This document shows positions 1-11,093 of a stretch of 64,000 nucleotides of DNA, in pieces; position 1 is the stretch's first letter; each line of letters opens with the position of its first letter. Source of the stretch: Balanoglossus misakiensis (taxonomy: Eukaryota; Animalia; Hemichordata); contig CM082597.2 in assembly GCA_040954595.2 (NCBI GenBank), positions 8,711,778 through 8,775,777 on the forward strand. The letters are read 5' to 3'. The notes beneath the pieces are model-generated. The model did not search any database. It had not been told where the DNA came from and saw only the letters and a list, made by a program, of their open reading frames with translations. The position numbers were made by a program, and so were the translations under genes.

Positions 1-364
1 GACACCTTTAGCATTGATGAGGTAATATAAGAATACATCTGATAAAGAATATTTTCACATCCCAATAAACCAAAATCCAAAACAACTGGAAGAGCCGTTT
101 CTGACTTAAGTGGACTTTTGGACCAAAAATGTCTAAAACTACCCACCCCCCTCCTCCCCAGTATTGATATTTGTCACATGTTTATGTACACCATAATAAC
201 AAATATTGTAGGTCCTTGTAAACCAAATTTTAAGAAATCGGAAAAGTGACTACTGAGAATTGACCAGAAATGACAAAAATAAAATGTATTTTTAAAAATA
301 TAATTACTAATTTTTGTCATGCTGTAAAACAACTCACACAATTAATTGCATCTGAATCCACTAC

Positions 365-516
365 CTGTAAGGTGACAACAAATTCTGTTGTGAATGATGC
401 CAGCTGTCTGTTACAATCTTCATTGTTGAGATAATTCTTGCCTTCAAAATATTCTGTACTGCTGAGATTCTGTTTATATGACTGTGCTATGAAATTCCCA
501 CCACACAAAGAATACA
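365..516 (-). CDS. Exon: first half of second CUB domain of a CTL-CUB-CUB (Uninflatable-like) receptor
   Basis: Acceptor tctttcag| and donor |gtag, phase 1 to 0. Translates YSLCGGNFIAQSYKQNLSSTEYFEGKNYLNNEDCNRQLASFTTEFVVTLQ (CGG...S..Y...Y.NN.DC CUB pattern). The usual CxW is CNR here. Confidence 0.85.
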
Positions 517-809
517 CTGAAAGAAAGAAGAAGTCATCTTAACAGAAACACTTCACAAACAGGACATCAGCAAGATCACAGTCGAGGTAGGGCAAATATT
601 GCCTACATGTGCAATCTATAATGTTATACCAGGTTCACGTAGGGTAAAATTCGAAACGTTTCAGAGACACTATTTGCCTAAGGTAAACACAGAGCATTAA
701 TGCTTTTAGTTGCCTTGTGTCCACACATGCAAAGTTTATGTGTAGTTCGCGAAAATTTATCGTTTGCGAAAATTTCCAGTTTTACATTATGTATAAAACT
801 TGGTATTAC

Positions 810-1011
810 CTGCTTGCCAAGATGCTTCAAAGCCAGTAGCAGTATGCGAACTACCTGAGAGAAATTTCACCAACATTGCATTACCACTGCTAATAACTTC
901 ATCAGGCTGGTCCGGTCCACTGTATGTGGCAAGAACTTTGGATGGGTCAAACACAGACACCTCGACAATGACAACAGTATCATGATAAAGTTCAGTGTCA
1001 AAATGTAGAAA
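810..1011 (-). CDS. Exon: second half of first CUB domain
   Basis: Acceptor tcttttcag| and donor |gtaata, phase 0 to 1. Translates FLHFDTELYHDTVVIV...LATYSGPDQPDEVISSGNAMLVKFLSGSSHTATGFEASWQA and splices in frame to 365-516. Confidence 0.9.
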
Positions 1012-1384
1012 CTGAAAAGAATAAAAAAATGTCACAACACACATCATAAATAGTGAGCTGTCTCAAGCCAATATACATGAAAATAAACACAGTTTCATGA
1101 CTTAAGCCCCATTAGCTGTAACTTTTTGCATTTTTCAGTATTTCTATTCTGTGTATCAATTATAGTTTCTTGTTCAGCTACGCAGGGCAGAGTTAAATCC
1201 ATAGTCTTAACTTCTCAACGAAACCTATGAGGGCACAATCGGCATTGTTGTTGTTTGAAAACATTCGTAAATAATAACAACAGTCAGTACACATACACAT
1301 GACTCGTTGACAAGCAGAGAGCTGGGTGTGATGGGTTACTCATGAGGAGAGGAACAAGAAAAAGTGTTTAATTTAAATAATAAC

Positions 1385-2032
1385 ACATGATAGCGAGGGC
1401 AATATCACGATTTGAAGCCTGCATGAGGGATGGTGATCTCTGACCATAATATTGATGATGCCCGAGCCGCAGGCGAGGGTATCATCAATATTTTGGTCAG
1501 AGATCACCAGCCCGAGGGCAGGCTTCAAATCGTGATGTTGCCCGAGCATAATGTGTTATTAATTTTATTACGCCGAACATTTGAACGTACATACACTGCA
1601 GCATGTAGCATGTAGACTCGCGTCCATATGTCGTACGTTGCTGAGAATGTAAAATGTCTCGATCTCCCAAGAATTATACGATACCTACTTCGAACTTAGA
1701 TTATTTTGAAAATACTGCGCTGTTGGTTGCGATTTTGGTGTATTTACTGCCCGTTTGCAGTAAAATATCATCCAGTAGAACAGGTGTTAAGCCTGTGTGT
1801 CGCTTTGAAGCCATATAGATGCGGGAGTTGACTGATCGTGAAGGAAGCCATTGAACGACAGTTTGGAACGCGCAGAAGTCGTGCCCAGAACACCAAAACA
1901 ACCAAGCGGGCAATATCAGCGCACGCGACAGGGCTTTATCAACTCTAGCCATGTTATATCACTTTTTTTTCTATATCACGTGAGCGCGTCTCAGCCAATC
2001 ACGAAAACGGTATAATACGTGAGGTGTAATAA
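1385..2032. mobile_element. Non-autonomous element with terminal ~150-bp hairpin (possibly Crypton-like)
   Basis: Imperfect hairpin ~1397-1543 (gggcaatatcacgatttgaagcctgc...gcaggcttcaaatcgtgatgttgccc, loop ccgcagg), followed by a body bounded by ttattacgcc (~1566) and ggtgtaataa (~2031). Superfamily is inferred only. Confidence 0.55.
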
Positions 2033-2329
2033 ACACAAAACAAAATTACTGATAAACTAGCCTGAAGTTATAGATAATGGCCCTTTAATTCAAAAGTTTA
2101 CCAAAAATCATGTTTGTTATAAGGAAGAAAAAAATCAAATTATTTTTTTTTTAGTTTAAATCTAATACATGTGTCTGTTTTTTTTTTTTTTAAGTGTTTG
2201 TATGTCGAATGGACGGGAAAAGGTGTTTTGTATAGGCAGGTTTCCAGATTAGACAGAGTTAGTGGTTTATGCAAGTTTTACTGTAAAAAATAACTGGTTT
2301 TGGAATTTGACAGTTTACAAGTGAGCACT

Positions 2330-2454
2330 TATTCTGGATGTTGCAGGTCCCTGGATTGTCCAAATACATTCTTGTAGAATGTAATAATTATCATCTGGGT
2401 ATCCAGTGCTGTGAAAGGTCCCCGATTCACCAGTTTCCAAACCACCACATGTTC
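2330..2454 (-). CDS. Exon: first half of first CUB domain (3' splice donor apparently destroyed)
   Basis: Acceptor attcag|, phase 1. Translates TCGGLETGESGTFHSTGYPDDNYYILQECIWTIQGPATSRI, then runs into SAHL-stop with no phase-0 GT donor. This frame is not in the ORF track. Confidence 0.8.
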
Positions 2455-2767
2455 CTGAATATCATTAAAATAAAAAGAAAGAGTATGTTTGTGTGATGAA
2501 TGGTCATAAAGATTCAGCTCATCAAGTTGACGAAATTTCATTGATGATAAAATTACTTCACCAACAGTGAGTATCCAATGTACACGTATAAAACAATGTT
2601 TGTATTAGTATAAATCAAATGTAAAAATTTTGAAACGACATTTATCACACCCGAAAATTCCAAGAACCGCATATTATGATTCTCTAAGCTCAAACTATCA
2701 GTGTGACAGATGCCAGATTCTTAAAATACTTGGCCCAGTTTTGTTTCTGATTTATATTTATGACATA

Positions 2768-2958
2768 CTGTAAAACAGGAAATTTTTCATGATATCAAAA
2801 GTGGCAACTGTTATGCGATGATTGATTTTCGCATTCTCATATTTCACGGCATTGCTATCTTCGAAAAACATTTTTACACAACTTGTTTATTTTCGCGTTT
2901 TTTTGGCTCTCGCATAGTTCGCAAAAATGTATCGCTCGCGAAAATTTCCTGTTTACAG
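2768..2958. mobile_element. TA-flanked MITE (Tc1/mariner-type)
   Basis: ta|CTGTAAAACAGGAAATTTT ... AAAATTTCCTGTTTACAG|ta. Related copies at 60054-60251 and a fragment at ~743-786. Confidence 0.7.
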
Positions 2959-3039
2959 TACAAAATTCTTTGAGGATCAGACTTTCTGCTGACAGTTCAA
3001 AAGTAGTCTTTAGTTGCAAAGGAGATGATCATACAATTA

Positions 3040-4510
3040 AACCACGATCGTGACGTCACACTATTCAATAGACAAGTCATTCACTGAGAGAACCTCCGTC
3101 TCACACAAAACCACAGGTTTAAAACCAAGTCCCGGGTAGTTCTAGAACTACCTCCGGGGGTTCTAGAACTACCGCAGGACTCAGTCTCACCTGTCGTAAC
3201 AAAAATACAAATACACAATGCTTTATTTGCATAATTACATTTACTTCTATACCTGTATTCAAAGTACATTTCATTTGAATAGAGTAATTGTTATGTTAAT
3301 TGAAAGCGAACTGGATATGCGACAGTCTCCGGATCATTTCATTCAATGCTTCACATTCACAGTTTTGTCTACTGACGTACAAAGCTAATGTCTTGGTGGC
3401 TCTCGAGAGTCTTCATAATATGATAATAAAAGTATAAAATAGACAAAAATCAATTCACCAGAAACAAACTAACGTTGCAATAAATTAACTACAAATTTCT
3501 AGAAAATTATACTAAATCACATTATCCCCAGATTTGCTTGTATTACTCTAACCAGATGCTTCACTTCGATTTTGCTTCACTACCGACATGTAACAAGGTT
3601 GGCTGTTTTAGGCCTAAAACCCGCGTACCTTGCAAAATTCTGCTTACTTTTTGTTGCTGTTCACCAGACGTGGGTTTGTAATGTCGGACGGATTCACTTC
3701 GGTATCAAGTCTTTTCGCAGATGAGTTACTCACCAATATCGCTACCATACAGACGTGTTGCCGCTGTGGCTCGTAGAGAGTGGTTCGTTCAAAAGCCAGG
3801 GAGGCCAATACACAGACGGGCAGTAGTACCATGTAGAGCATTGTTACCCGGTTTTTGCTTTACCAACATGTAGCCGCTTGTTTTCGCAGATGATATAGAT
3901 CGGAACTACATGTATCTTCAGATCGATTTCATGGACATATGAAGGAAAATAAAAAAAAAACGTGACACTTACATGTAGGCCTTCTGCATTTGGCCTAGAA
4001 AATTTTCGCGTAAGCTTACCATGTGCACGCGAAACCCCAATAGCTGTAACGCTTCCCATAATACACTACGTAACACACCTGTAAAGTTTAATTTGATGCA
4101 AATTAGTGTTTGAAATTAGCATATCACTCTGACACGTAAGCATGAACATTTAGAGTAACACCTGTCAAGCGTGGGCGATCTTGTAAGGCCCAGCAGGGCG
4201 GTCTAGAACTACCTGCCCACGACATGATTCATTTATAGGAAAAGGGGTGGCCAACCAAATTTCACAGTCAGCAATGAAGAATAAGCCTCTTTTGATAAGC
4301 TTTTGTTCGTTCATTTTATTGAATCGTTGAGTAAAACGACGTCTTTGTGGTACACGAAGCTCCAATGGTGACAATGTCTGTGGGGGGTCGTGGTTTAAGT
4401 TAGAGAACCACCTCCCCCTCAGTGGTTCTTGGTTTCCAATCGCCTCGGGCCTGCGGCCCTCGGCAATTAGAAACCAAGAACCACCTCGGGGTCGGTGGTT
4501 CTCTATTACA
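3040..4510. mobile_element. Non-autonomous element ending in ~105-bp hairpin
   Basis: Hairpin 4401-4505 (tagagaaccacc...ggtggttctcta, loop cctgcgg). Recurrent tctagaactacc motifs at ~3141, ~3162 and ~4202. Left boundary approximate. Confidence 0.4.
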
Positions 4511-4712
4511 TAAATAGTGTAAAAGAAATTGTTTAGTAAACATAACCATACAATTAATGAGTGGAATTATCTAGCGACAATTGGCCTCAATTTTGAATTT
4601 CAAATATAACACCATTCTGCATCCAAGGAGACATCACATGATCTGATCCCCCTTGTTTAACTTTTAGTGGTGAGCTCTTCCAAGTATATCTTGTATTGCT
4701 TAGGGGACTCTA

Positions 4713-5008
4713 ACTCTCTCTCCTTCCCTCCCTTCCACCCCCTCCCCCTCCCTCTCTAGCTCTCTCCCTCCCCTCTCCCGCCCCTCTCCCTCCCCTCTCC
4801 CGCCCCTCTCCCTCCCTCCCACCCCTCTCTAGCTCTCTCTCCCTCCCTACCCCCCTCTACCCCTCCCTCTCCCTCTAGTTCTCTCTCCCCCTCTCCCTCA
4901 CTACCACCCTCCCTCCCTCCCTCCCTGTCACTCTCCAGCTCTCTCTCCCTCCCCTCTCACTCTCCCCTCCCAGCCTCTCCCTCCCGCTCTTTTGCACACA
5001 CTCTCTCT
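4713..5008. repeat. Polypyrimidine/polypurine (CT/CCCT-rich) tract
   Basis: About 300 bp almost entirely C/T on the + strand, with internal repeats such as ccctcccctctcccgcccctct. Confidence 0.9.
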
Positions 5009-5103
5009 TAGTATATATATTGGGAGGTGACTACAGCAGTGCGAGAAAAGTAAAGACCTGATGCGAGTAAGGGAAGATTCTAGCTGATTTGAATCAGACT
5101 TAC

Positions 5104-5319
5104 CTTCAGCACAAGCTGCTACTTCACACATTGACAGACTGACATCATCACATCTTGCATGATACAATGGGTAATTATTTTCAAAGAGGTTTAACCTCAC
5201 ACATTGCCCAGTGGAGGCATCAGGTTCTGTGTCTGCCCATCGACCATCAAAGACACTACCTTTCCTGCCATCTGAATAATCATATTCCACACTGCCATCT
5301 CGATTGGGTCCACTAAATC
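5104..5319 (-). CDS. Exon: C-terminal part of C-type lectin domain
   Basis: Acceptor ttttatag| and donor |gtaagt, phase 1 to 1, 216 nt. Translates GFSGPNRDGSVEYDYSDG...WADTEPDASTGQCVRL...ARCDDVSLSMCEVAACAE (W...EPD...CV...C...C CTL pattern). Confidence 0.88.
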
Positions 5320-5355
5320 CTATAAAATGGAAATAAAGAAAGAAGATGCATACAG

Positions 5356-5551
5356 CAGTGTTTCATCCAGGATGGGGGGGGGGGGGATATGTCCCCCTTT
5401 GCTTGAATAGTTGCACTCTTGCAAGGAGGGGAATGAGTGACATCGCTGAGTCTGTAAGGGGCACCATTTCCCCCTTGACAAATTTCTAGGGGGGTGCCAA
5501 CATGCTGACAGTGGGCGAATTCCCTCATCCCTCCATCTGGATGAAAAACTG
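5356..5551. mobile_element. hAT-like MITE
   Basis: TIRs CAGTGTTTCATCCAG / CTGGATGAAAAACTG. Flanking direct repeat catacag (5349-5355, 5552-5558). Contains a G13 run. Confidence 0.7.
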
Positions 5552-5764
5552 CATACAGAGTCACTTAATAGCAAGATTTTGTGAGGTTATTGAGATGTAA
5601 AAAATAGGCTTTTCAATTACCATCTTGAGACAATTATCATTCAAGTGTTACTATGCAGTGCTCACTTGTAAACTGTCAAATTCCAAAACCAGTTATTTTT
5701 TACACTTGATACACCCACAAATTATTTGGGAACACTGAGAAACACTGTTAAAAGACACACTCAC

Positions 5765-5883
5765 CAATCCAACCATGGTTCGCTGTTTCATTGGAAGTCT
5801 CTTCAATCTGGTTTACAATCTCTGCTCCAGCATAACGATTTTCAGAATAACCCTCAATTACTGTCAAGTGCCCACCATAAAAT
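5765..5883 (-). CDS. Exon: middle part of C-type lectin domain (copy 1)
   Basis: Acceptor ttttcag| and donor |gtgagt, phase 2 to 1, 119 nt. Translates FYGGHLTVIEGYSENRYAGAEIVNQIEETSNETANHGWIG (GGHL..I....EN...WIG). Joins 5104-5319 in frame. Not in the ORF track. Confidence 0.88.
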
Positions 5884-6617
5884 CTGAAAATAAACCAATT
5901 TATAACACATCAAACATGTTCCAAACTAATTTCGAAATTCCAGTCCGTGAATAATACATTTCCTCTTTGAAAACATTTAATATTGGTGAATAAGAGGTTC
6001 ATAAATGTATAACATTAGATTTTTGTTTGTAAAGTCTATATTTTGTGTTACACCTTTCCAATAAGTGTGTGATTAGTGTAGATTTCGGCAGAATTTCTGG
6101 GAAAAAAGAATCTGTGAAAAATTCACCTGAATTTTGGGGAGAAAAAAATTTGCTGAACGTTTCCTTTGAATAAAAAAGTTCAGCTTATTTCTTTTAGAGA
6201 AAACATGACAATTTCCAGGAAATGGCTGTTGTTGTTTTTTTTTGGTGTGAATAAACTTAAAAGACAAATTCTGATACAGTTGCATCAAGGTGATGGAAGA
6301 AAATCCCAGATTAACAGGATATTTGGAGAATTTATCCAGAATTTCAAAATTAGTTCGAAATGTGACATTGTGTTATCAATGATCTGTGTTGAGCAGTCGA
6401 ACGATGAACGGGTAGTTGACAATTCCCACGAGCACACCCGTATCTTTCCTCGGTAGTTGCGCCGGGCCGGTCGGCAATGTAACAGAAAAAGTGGTACGAT
6501 ATGCCAGCTGAGCCGTCGCTAGTCTACAATTCCGAGTCTACAAGGCCGTCTCTAACTAAAAATTATAATAACTATCGAGGAACGTGACAATTATATCAGC
6601 GAATGTGGGGCTGGGGG

Positions 6618-6933
6618 TTGCTGCAGTTTGCAGCCCCTCCATCTCCCCTGGACGATTTTTGTTTTTGCGGGGCTGCAGGTCCCAGCTATTCTAAACCGCA
6701 CAACGAGCGACCGGGATTTGGGCCCGGAGCGAATTTCTACACTCCAGACGTCTCCAGTCCACAATTTTCCACACTTTTTTCGCCAAATCGGTCCCGGAAC
6801 CCATACAGCGCTTACCTGGCAAAGGATGTCGCGGTATTTGTCGATTTTGCCTACGTTTTCCCCAGTTATTCAACTTCAATCGGCAAAACCAAAACTCGTT
6901 CAGGGGAGATGGAGGGGCTTCAAACTGCAGCAA
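6618..6933. mobile_element. MITE with ~50-bp TIRs and 10-bp direct flanks (MULE-like); second copy 11828-12143
   Basis: TTGCTGCAGTTTGCAGCCCCTCCATCTCCCCTG... / ...CAGGGGAGATGGAGGGGCTTCAAACTGCAGCAA, flanked on both sides by gggctggggg. Confidence 0.55.
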
Positions 6934-9900
6934 GGGCTGGGGGCTGCAGGCAGAATATATGACCAAAGGATACGCGTGAAAAAAAGACAATTACCTACTT
7001 TGCTACTGTGGGTCTTTGACTAATTAAAACATGATAACGTGCATCAAAGCCAGCCGAGGCTTCAGGGGCATAGTATTCCTGAGTTTATACGCGAAGAAAC
7101 CAAGAAATATTAATGAGTATGTAGACGGAACTTGTCTTTTAGCTCAAATTTGTCCTGGCTTGAGGTCACTGTGACAGCGCAGCCAGCGGTAGAATTGGGG
7201 TAGGCATGAAGAACATATCTACTACAAAAACTGGTGAGGGCGGGGGGGGGGGAGATGGGGGGGGGGGGGTGGGGGCTTTTCAGTTTAGTCACGGTCCTTG
7301 GTTTTGGCCTTCGGCTTCACTAGAAAAGCCAAAAAACCACAATGCCGAAGGCCAACTCGTCGAAGCACCTGGTACGTCTATGGCAGAAGTCAGTATTTAC
7401 ATGTTCTGACTCGGTACACGCCATGCACTTGCCAAGAGATTCCACGAGGAATACCATGATGATGAACGGCTCGGGCGTCTTCGTGTGCACGAAGACACGA
7501 TACTAGACTTCATTGACCCTGTATCATTCTTTTCTTTTCATGCGCATAAGGACATGAAAAGTCGACCTAACCTTTTGTTTTATCACTTACTGTGGTTTTA
7601 GAGGGATGCTGTGAGTGAAAAAGTGGCACATTCGGGTTGTTGCCTTATACTTAATTTCTCCATTTCTATTGGAGCAGGCTACACCGGGCCCAGGGTCGAA
7701 CTTAAACCAATTTGCAGCCGTGATGGTCGAACAATGTCCGACAAACTTTAGGCACGTCAAGCTTATGCCTTCCTGGGTCGCCTGACAAGAATGAACTTCT
7801 ATTTTAACGATAGGGCCTATTCCAATCGATACCCGCCGTATCAGTCACGCAATAATAAACACGATCCCCCAAAATGATGTTTCACTAGACTCGGGGAGAG
7901 TGCTGTTTAGTACCAACAGGCAATTAAAGGTATACGGTCACCTATGGAAAATTAGCTATAGTTACCATGGCAAATTGAGATGTAGCCAATCACAGATTTT
8001 TAGTGGGTGGCACACGCGAAAAAAGAGCGCCGCCATATGTTCTCATCTCAGCCATATATGGTCCTATGTAACCACCTCATGTCATTTACAGAATTGGAAC
8101 ACCCTAAAGAATGTCATGCAGACAATGTCACGTGTTGTTCCATGACCAACCAAACAACAAACTCATGTCCAAATCAATTAAATTCCAAAGAATGCTCCAA
8201 ATATGCAGAATTGCCACGCAAGTCGAGCATACTTAAGCACTCTGCACAACTGAAACATAAAATCCAAGCTTTTAACAATACAACAATAAACAATCCATTC
8301 TGATCGAATTAATGACCAAATAAAACGAAAAACACAACTCGACCCACAAAAAGTATACGAAGCGCTTTTAATCGCTCATTAATGTTTGATCTCGAGGAGA
8401 CGTGTTAAAAAATCCGCTATGAACAGCAGGGGAGAACAATAGCCTATTTTTACCAGGTAAACAAACACCAGGTAAAAATCCACCCATGCTTCCAGACCGC
8501 TCTAGGATAGTGATCCATCCAATGAAACTGTATCTCTTTAACTTTAATTTGCAAACTCGTGGAATTGATCATTTTATAAATCGCTCCATTTTGACGTTTT
8601 CTCTGTGGTTTGTTAATACGAATTTTGTCTGTGCCAAATCTGTCCTCTAATACTGTCACTTGTATTAGAGTTCAAATTACACAGAAGTATAATACAACGT
8701 TTTGAAAAAGACAGACATTTTTCGTGTGAACGGTGATATACTTAGGCCACAGTCGAGCTAAAAACAAAAGTCTATATTTTATCAAAAATGCCTTGGACGC
8801 ACAAACATCTACAGGATGTGGAAGGGGCGGGTCAACACCGCGATCTACAACTGTGCCTCCCCCCCCCCGGCTGTCTTGCTTCTATTTGGAGTGTCAATAT
8901 GTGATTTAGCTTTGTTTGCGGCAGAGACTAAGCTTTGTTCTTGTTTCACTCCATTTGCTGCATTGTGCTGTGCTCTGGTATTTCTCCAGGGTCTACGGTT
9001 ACACTATAGGCTGATTAGTCGTATCTTTACTACACAGACAAAAACTTCGAAGCTTTATGTCTGTGCCTTTTATGAACAAGCATCGTCCGATTCGAATTCG
9101 ACTCGTCATCGGTAGCTATGTTTATTTCGCCCTTGGAGACCTCCCCTGGCCTCGTTAGGATGACTGTTACCAGGACTACCTTAAACCAATCTTTTCGAAC
9201 CGGACGGTACACACGACATGTCTATGTTAATTGTCCAGGTACCAGAGTGTACGTGTGGGCTCCCTAAACCCCTCATTGGCGGCCGGTCCCTGTCCGAATA
9301 AACACGTTTGACAGACAAAAAATGATGAACAAGTGGCTTACTTCAATACTTCGTTAACTAGACGGCTGAACTCTGAATGTTGATTCAGCAAAAAAAATGT
9401 GTTTACGGCAAGGTTTCGATCAATACGACACATTTACCATTGAAAACGCCCAAAGTAAGTGGGGGCGTTTGACCATCAATCAAACCCACGCCCAGGTGCA
9501 TGTGAACGGCCGAAGCAGTGTAACGTTTCACATTCCGTGCAACGTCCGACACTGTGTGAAAGCGGTTGCTGTCGGGTGGCTTGACCTAATTTTCGTACAT
9601 TGATATGCATTTGACACCTCACTACCTGTTTTCTTAATATTGCTAAAACTTTGCGTTGAAATATCACTGAAATGTTGATGATCCACGCACAAGTCGTCTA
9701 CCCCGGCATGAAAAGCTTTTATACAAGAAAACTAATTGCACATGACCACCAAGGTCATACCGCAAGGTGTGTCTAAATGTCAAGGAAGGACATTGGGAGG
9801 GGGGACTTGGGTCGAGAACGACCATGACGGAGGAAAAACCGACAAGTCATTGTGTAACCTGTTTACTTGCCAATAGTCAAACGTCAAAATTTACTCTCAA

Positions 9901-10974
9901 CTTGGTTGCAGATCGAGTCTCCCGAATTTCCAACTTTTATGATTGGGTAAATACCGATATGCGACTGGTATGCGACGCGTTGACGACGCGAAGATTTTGT
10001 TGAAATCAAATGGTTTGTCAAATGTCATCTCACAGTGGAGATACCGTGGTCATCTGACATGAAAGGGTTCGATTGGGTCTGACCGCCGTCGTTCATCCAT
10101 GCTTAGAAAGCGGCGATCATGGTACAAAGTAAAACCAAGGTCAAACCTTACTGAACACATGTATTGCATGGAGAAACTTTTCTCCCTGTCTGTGTACTGA
10201 ACACGTACCGTGATTGCCATAGTTACAAACGTTACCACGTGAGAGAGAGAGTGCATTTTACATCTGTCTTTTCAATTTTGTTGCTTTCTTACTATTCGGA
10301 ATGATGGAGTCGAAACGAAAACTTTTTGCTTCAGGTGGACCTAGGGGAAATACCTTATTTGTGACTTTTTTCATGACCCTAAAAAGACGTCGGAATTAAT
10401 GTGGCTGAGGTCACTCAGGACGACGGAATGGTTGAGCGATTTTATTTTATGAGCTCCCACTAGTATTTGTTTTATTGTTTCGGCAGTGTGTCGCGTTATT
10501 CGAGCAATCTGCAGTCTGAAAACGAACGGTTTTCAAAGTTTATAACAGAAGAACAGGGGTTTAAGCATGAAAGGTCCTGTTGTCTCCCTCGCTGTGATAT
10601 GTCCCCCTTTGCTTGAATAGTTGCACTCTTGCAAGGAGGGGAATGAGTGACATCGCTGAGTCTGTAAGGGGCACCATTTCCCCCTTGACAAATTTCTAGG
10701 GGGGTGCCAACATGCTGACAGTGGGCGAATTCCCTCATCCCTCCATCTGGATGAAAAACTGCATACAGAGTCACTTAATAGCAAGATTTTGTGAGGTTAT
10801 TGAGATGTAAAAAATAGGCTTTTCAATTACCATCTTGAGACAATTATCATTCAAGTGTTACTATGCAGTGCTCACTTGTAAACTGTCAAATTCCAAAACC
10901 AGTTATTTTTTACACTTGATACACCCACAAATTATTTGGGAACACTGAGAAACACTGTTAAAAGACACACTCAC

Positions 10975-11093
10975 CAATCCAACCATGGTTCGCTGTTTCA
11001 TTGGAAGTCTCTTCAATCTGGTTTACAATCTCTGCTCCAGCATAACGATTTTCAGAATAACCCTCAATTACTGTCAAGTGCCCACCATAAAAT
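10975..11093 (-). CDS. Duplicated middle C-type lectin exon (copy 2)
   Basis: Apparently identical to 5765-5883 including both splice sites, offset 5210 bp. Confidence 0.8.

Larger units (their letters stand above)
5386..10595 (+). repeat. Tandem segmental duplication, unit 1 (5210 bp)
   Basis: Collinear, roughly 99% identical by eye to 10596-16611. Paired ORF-track entries are offset by ~5210. Confidence 0.95.
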
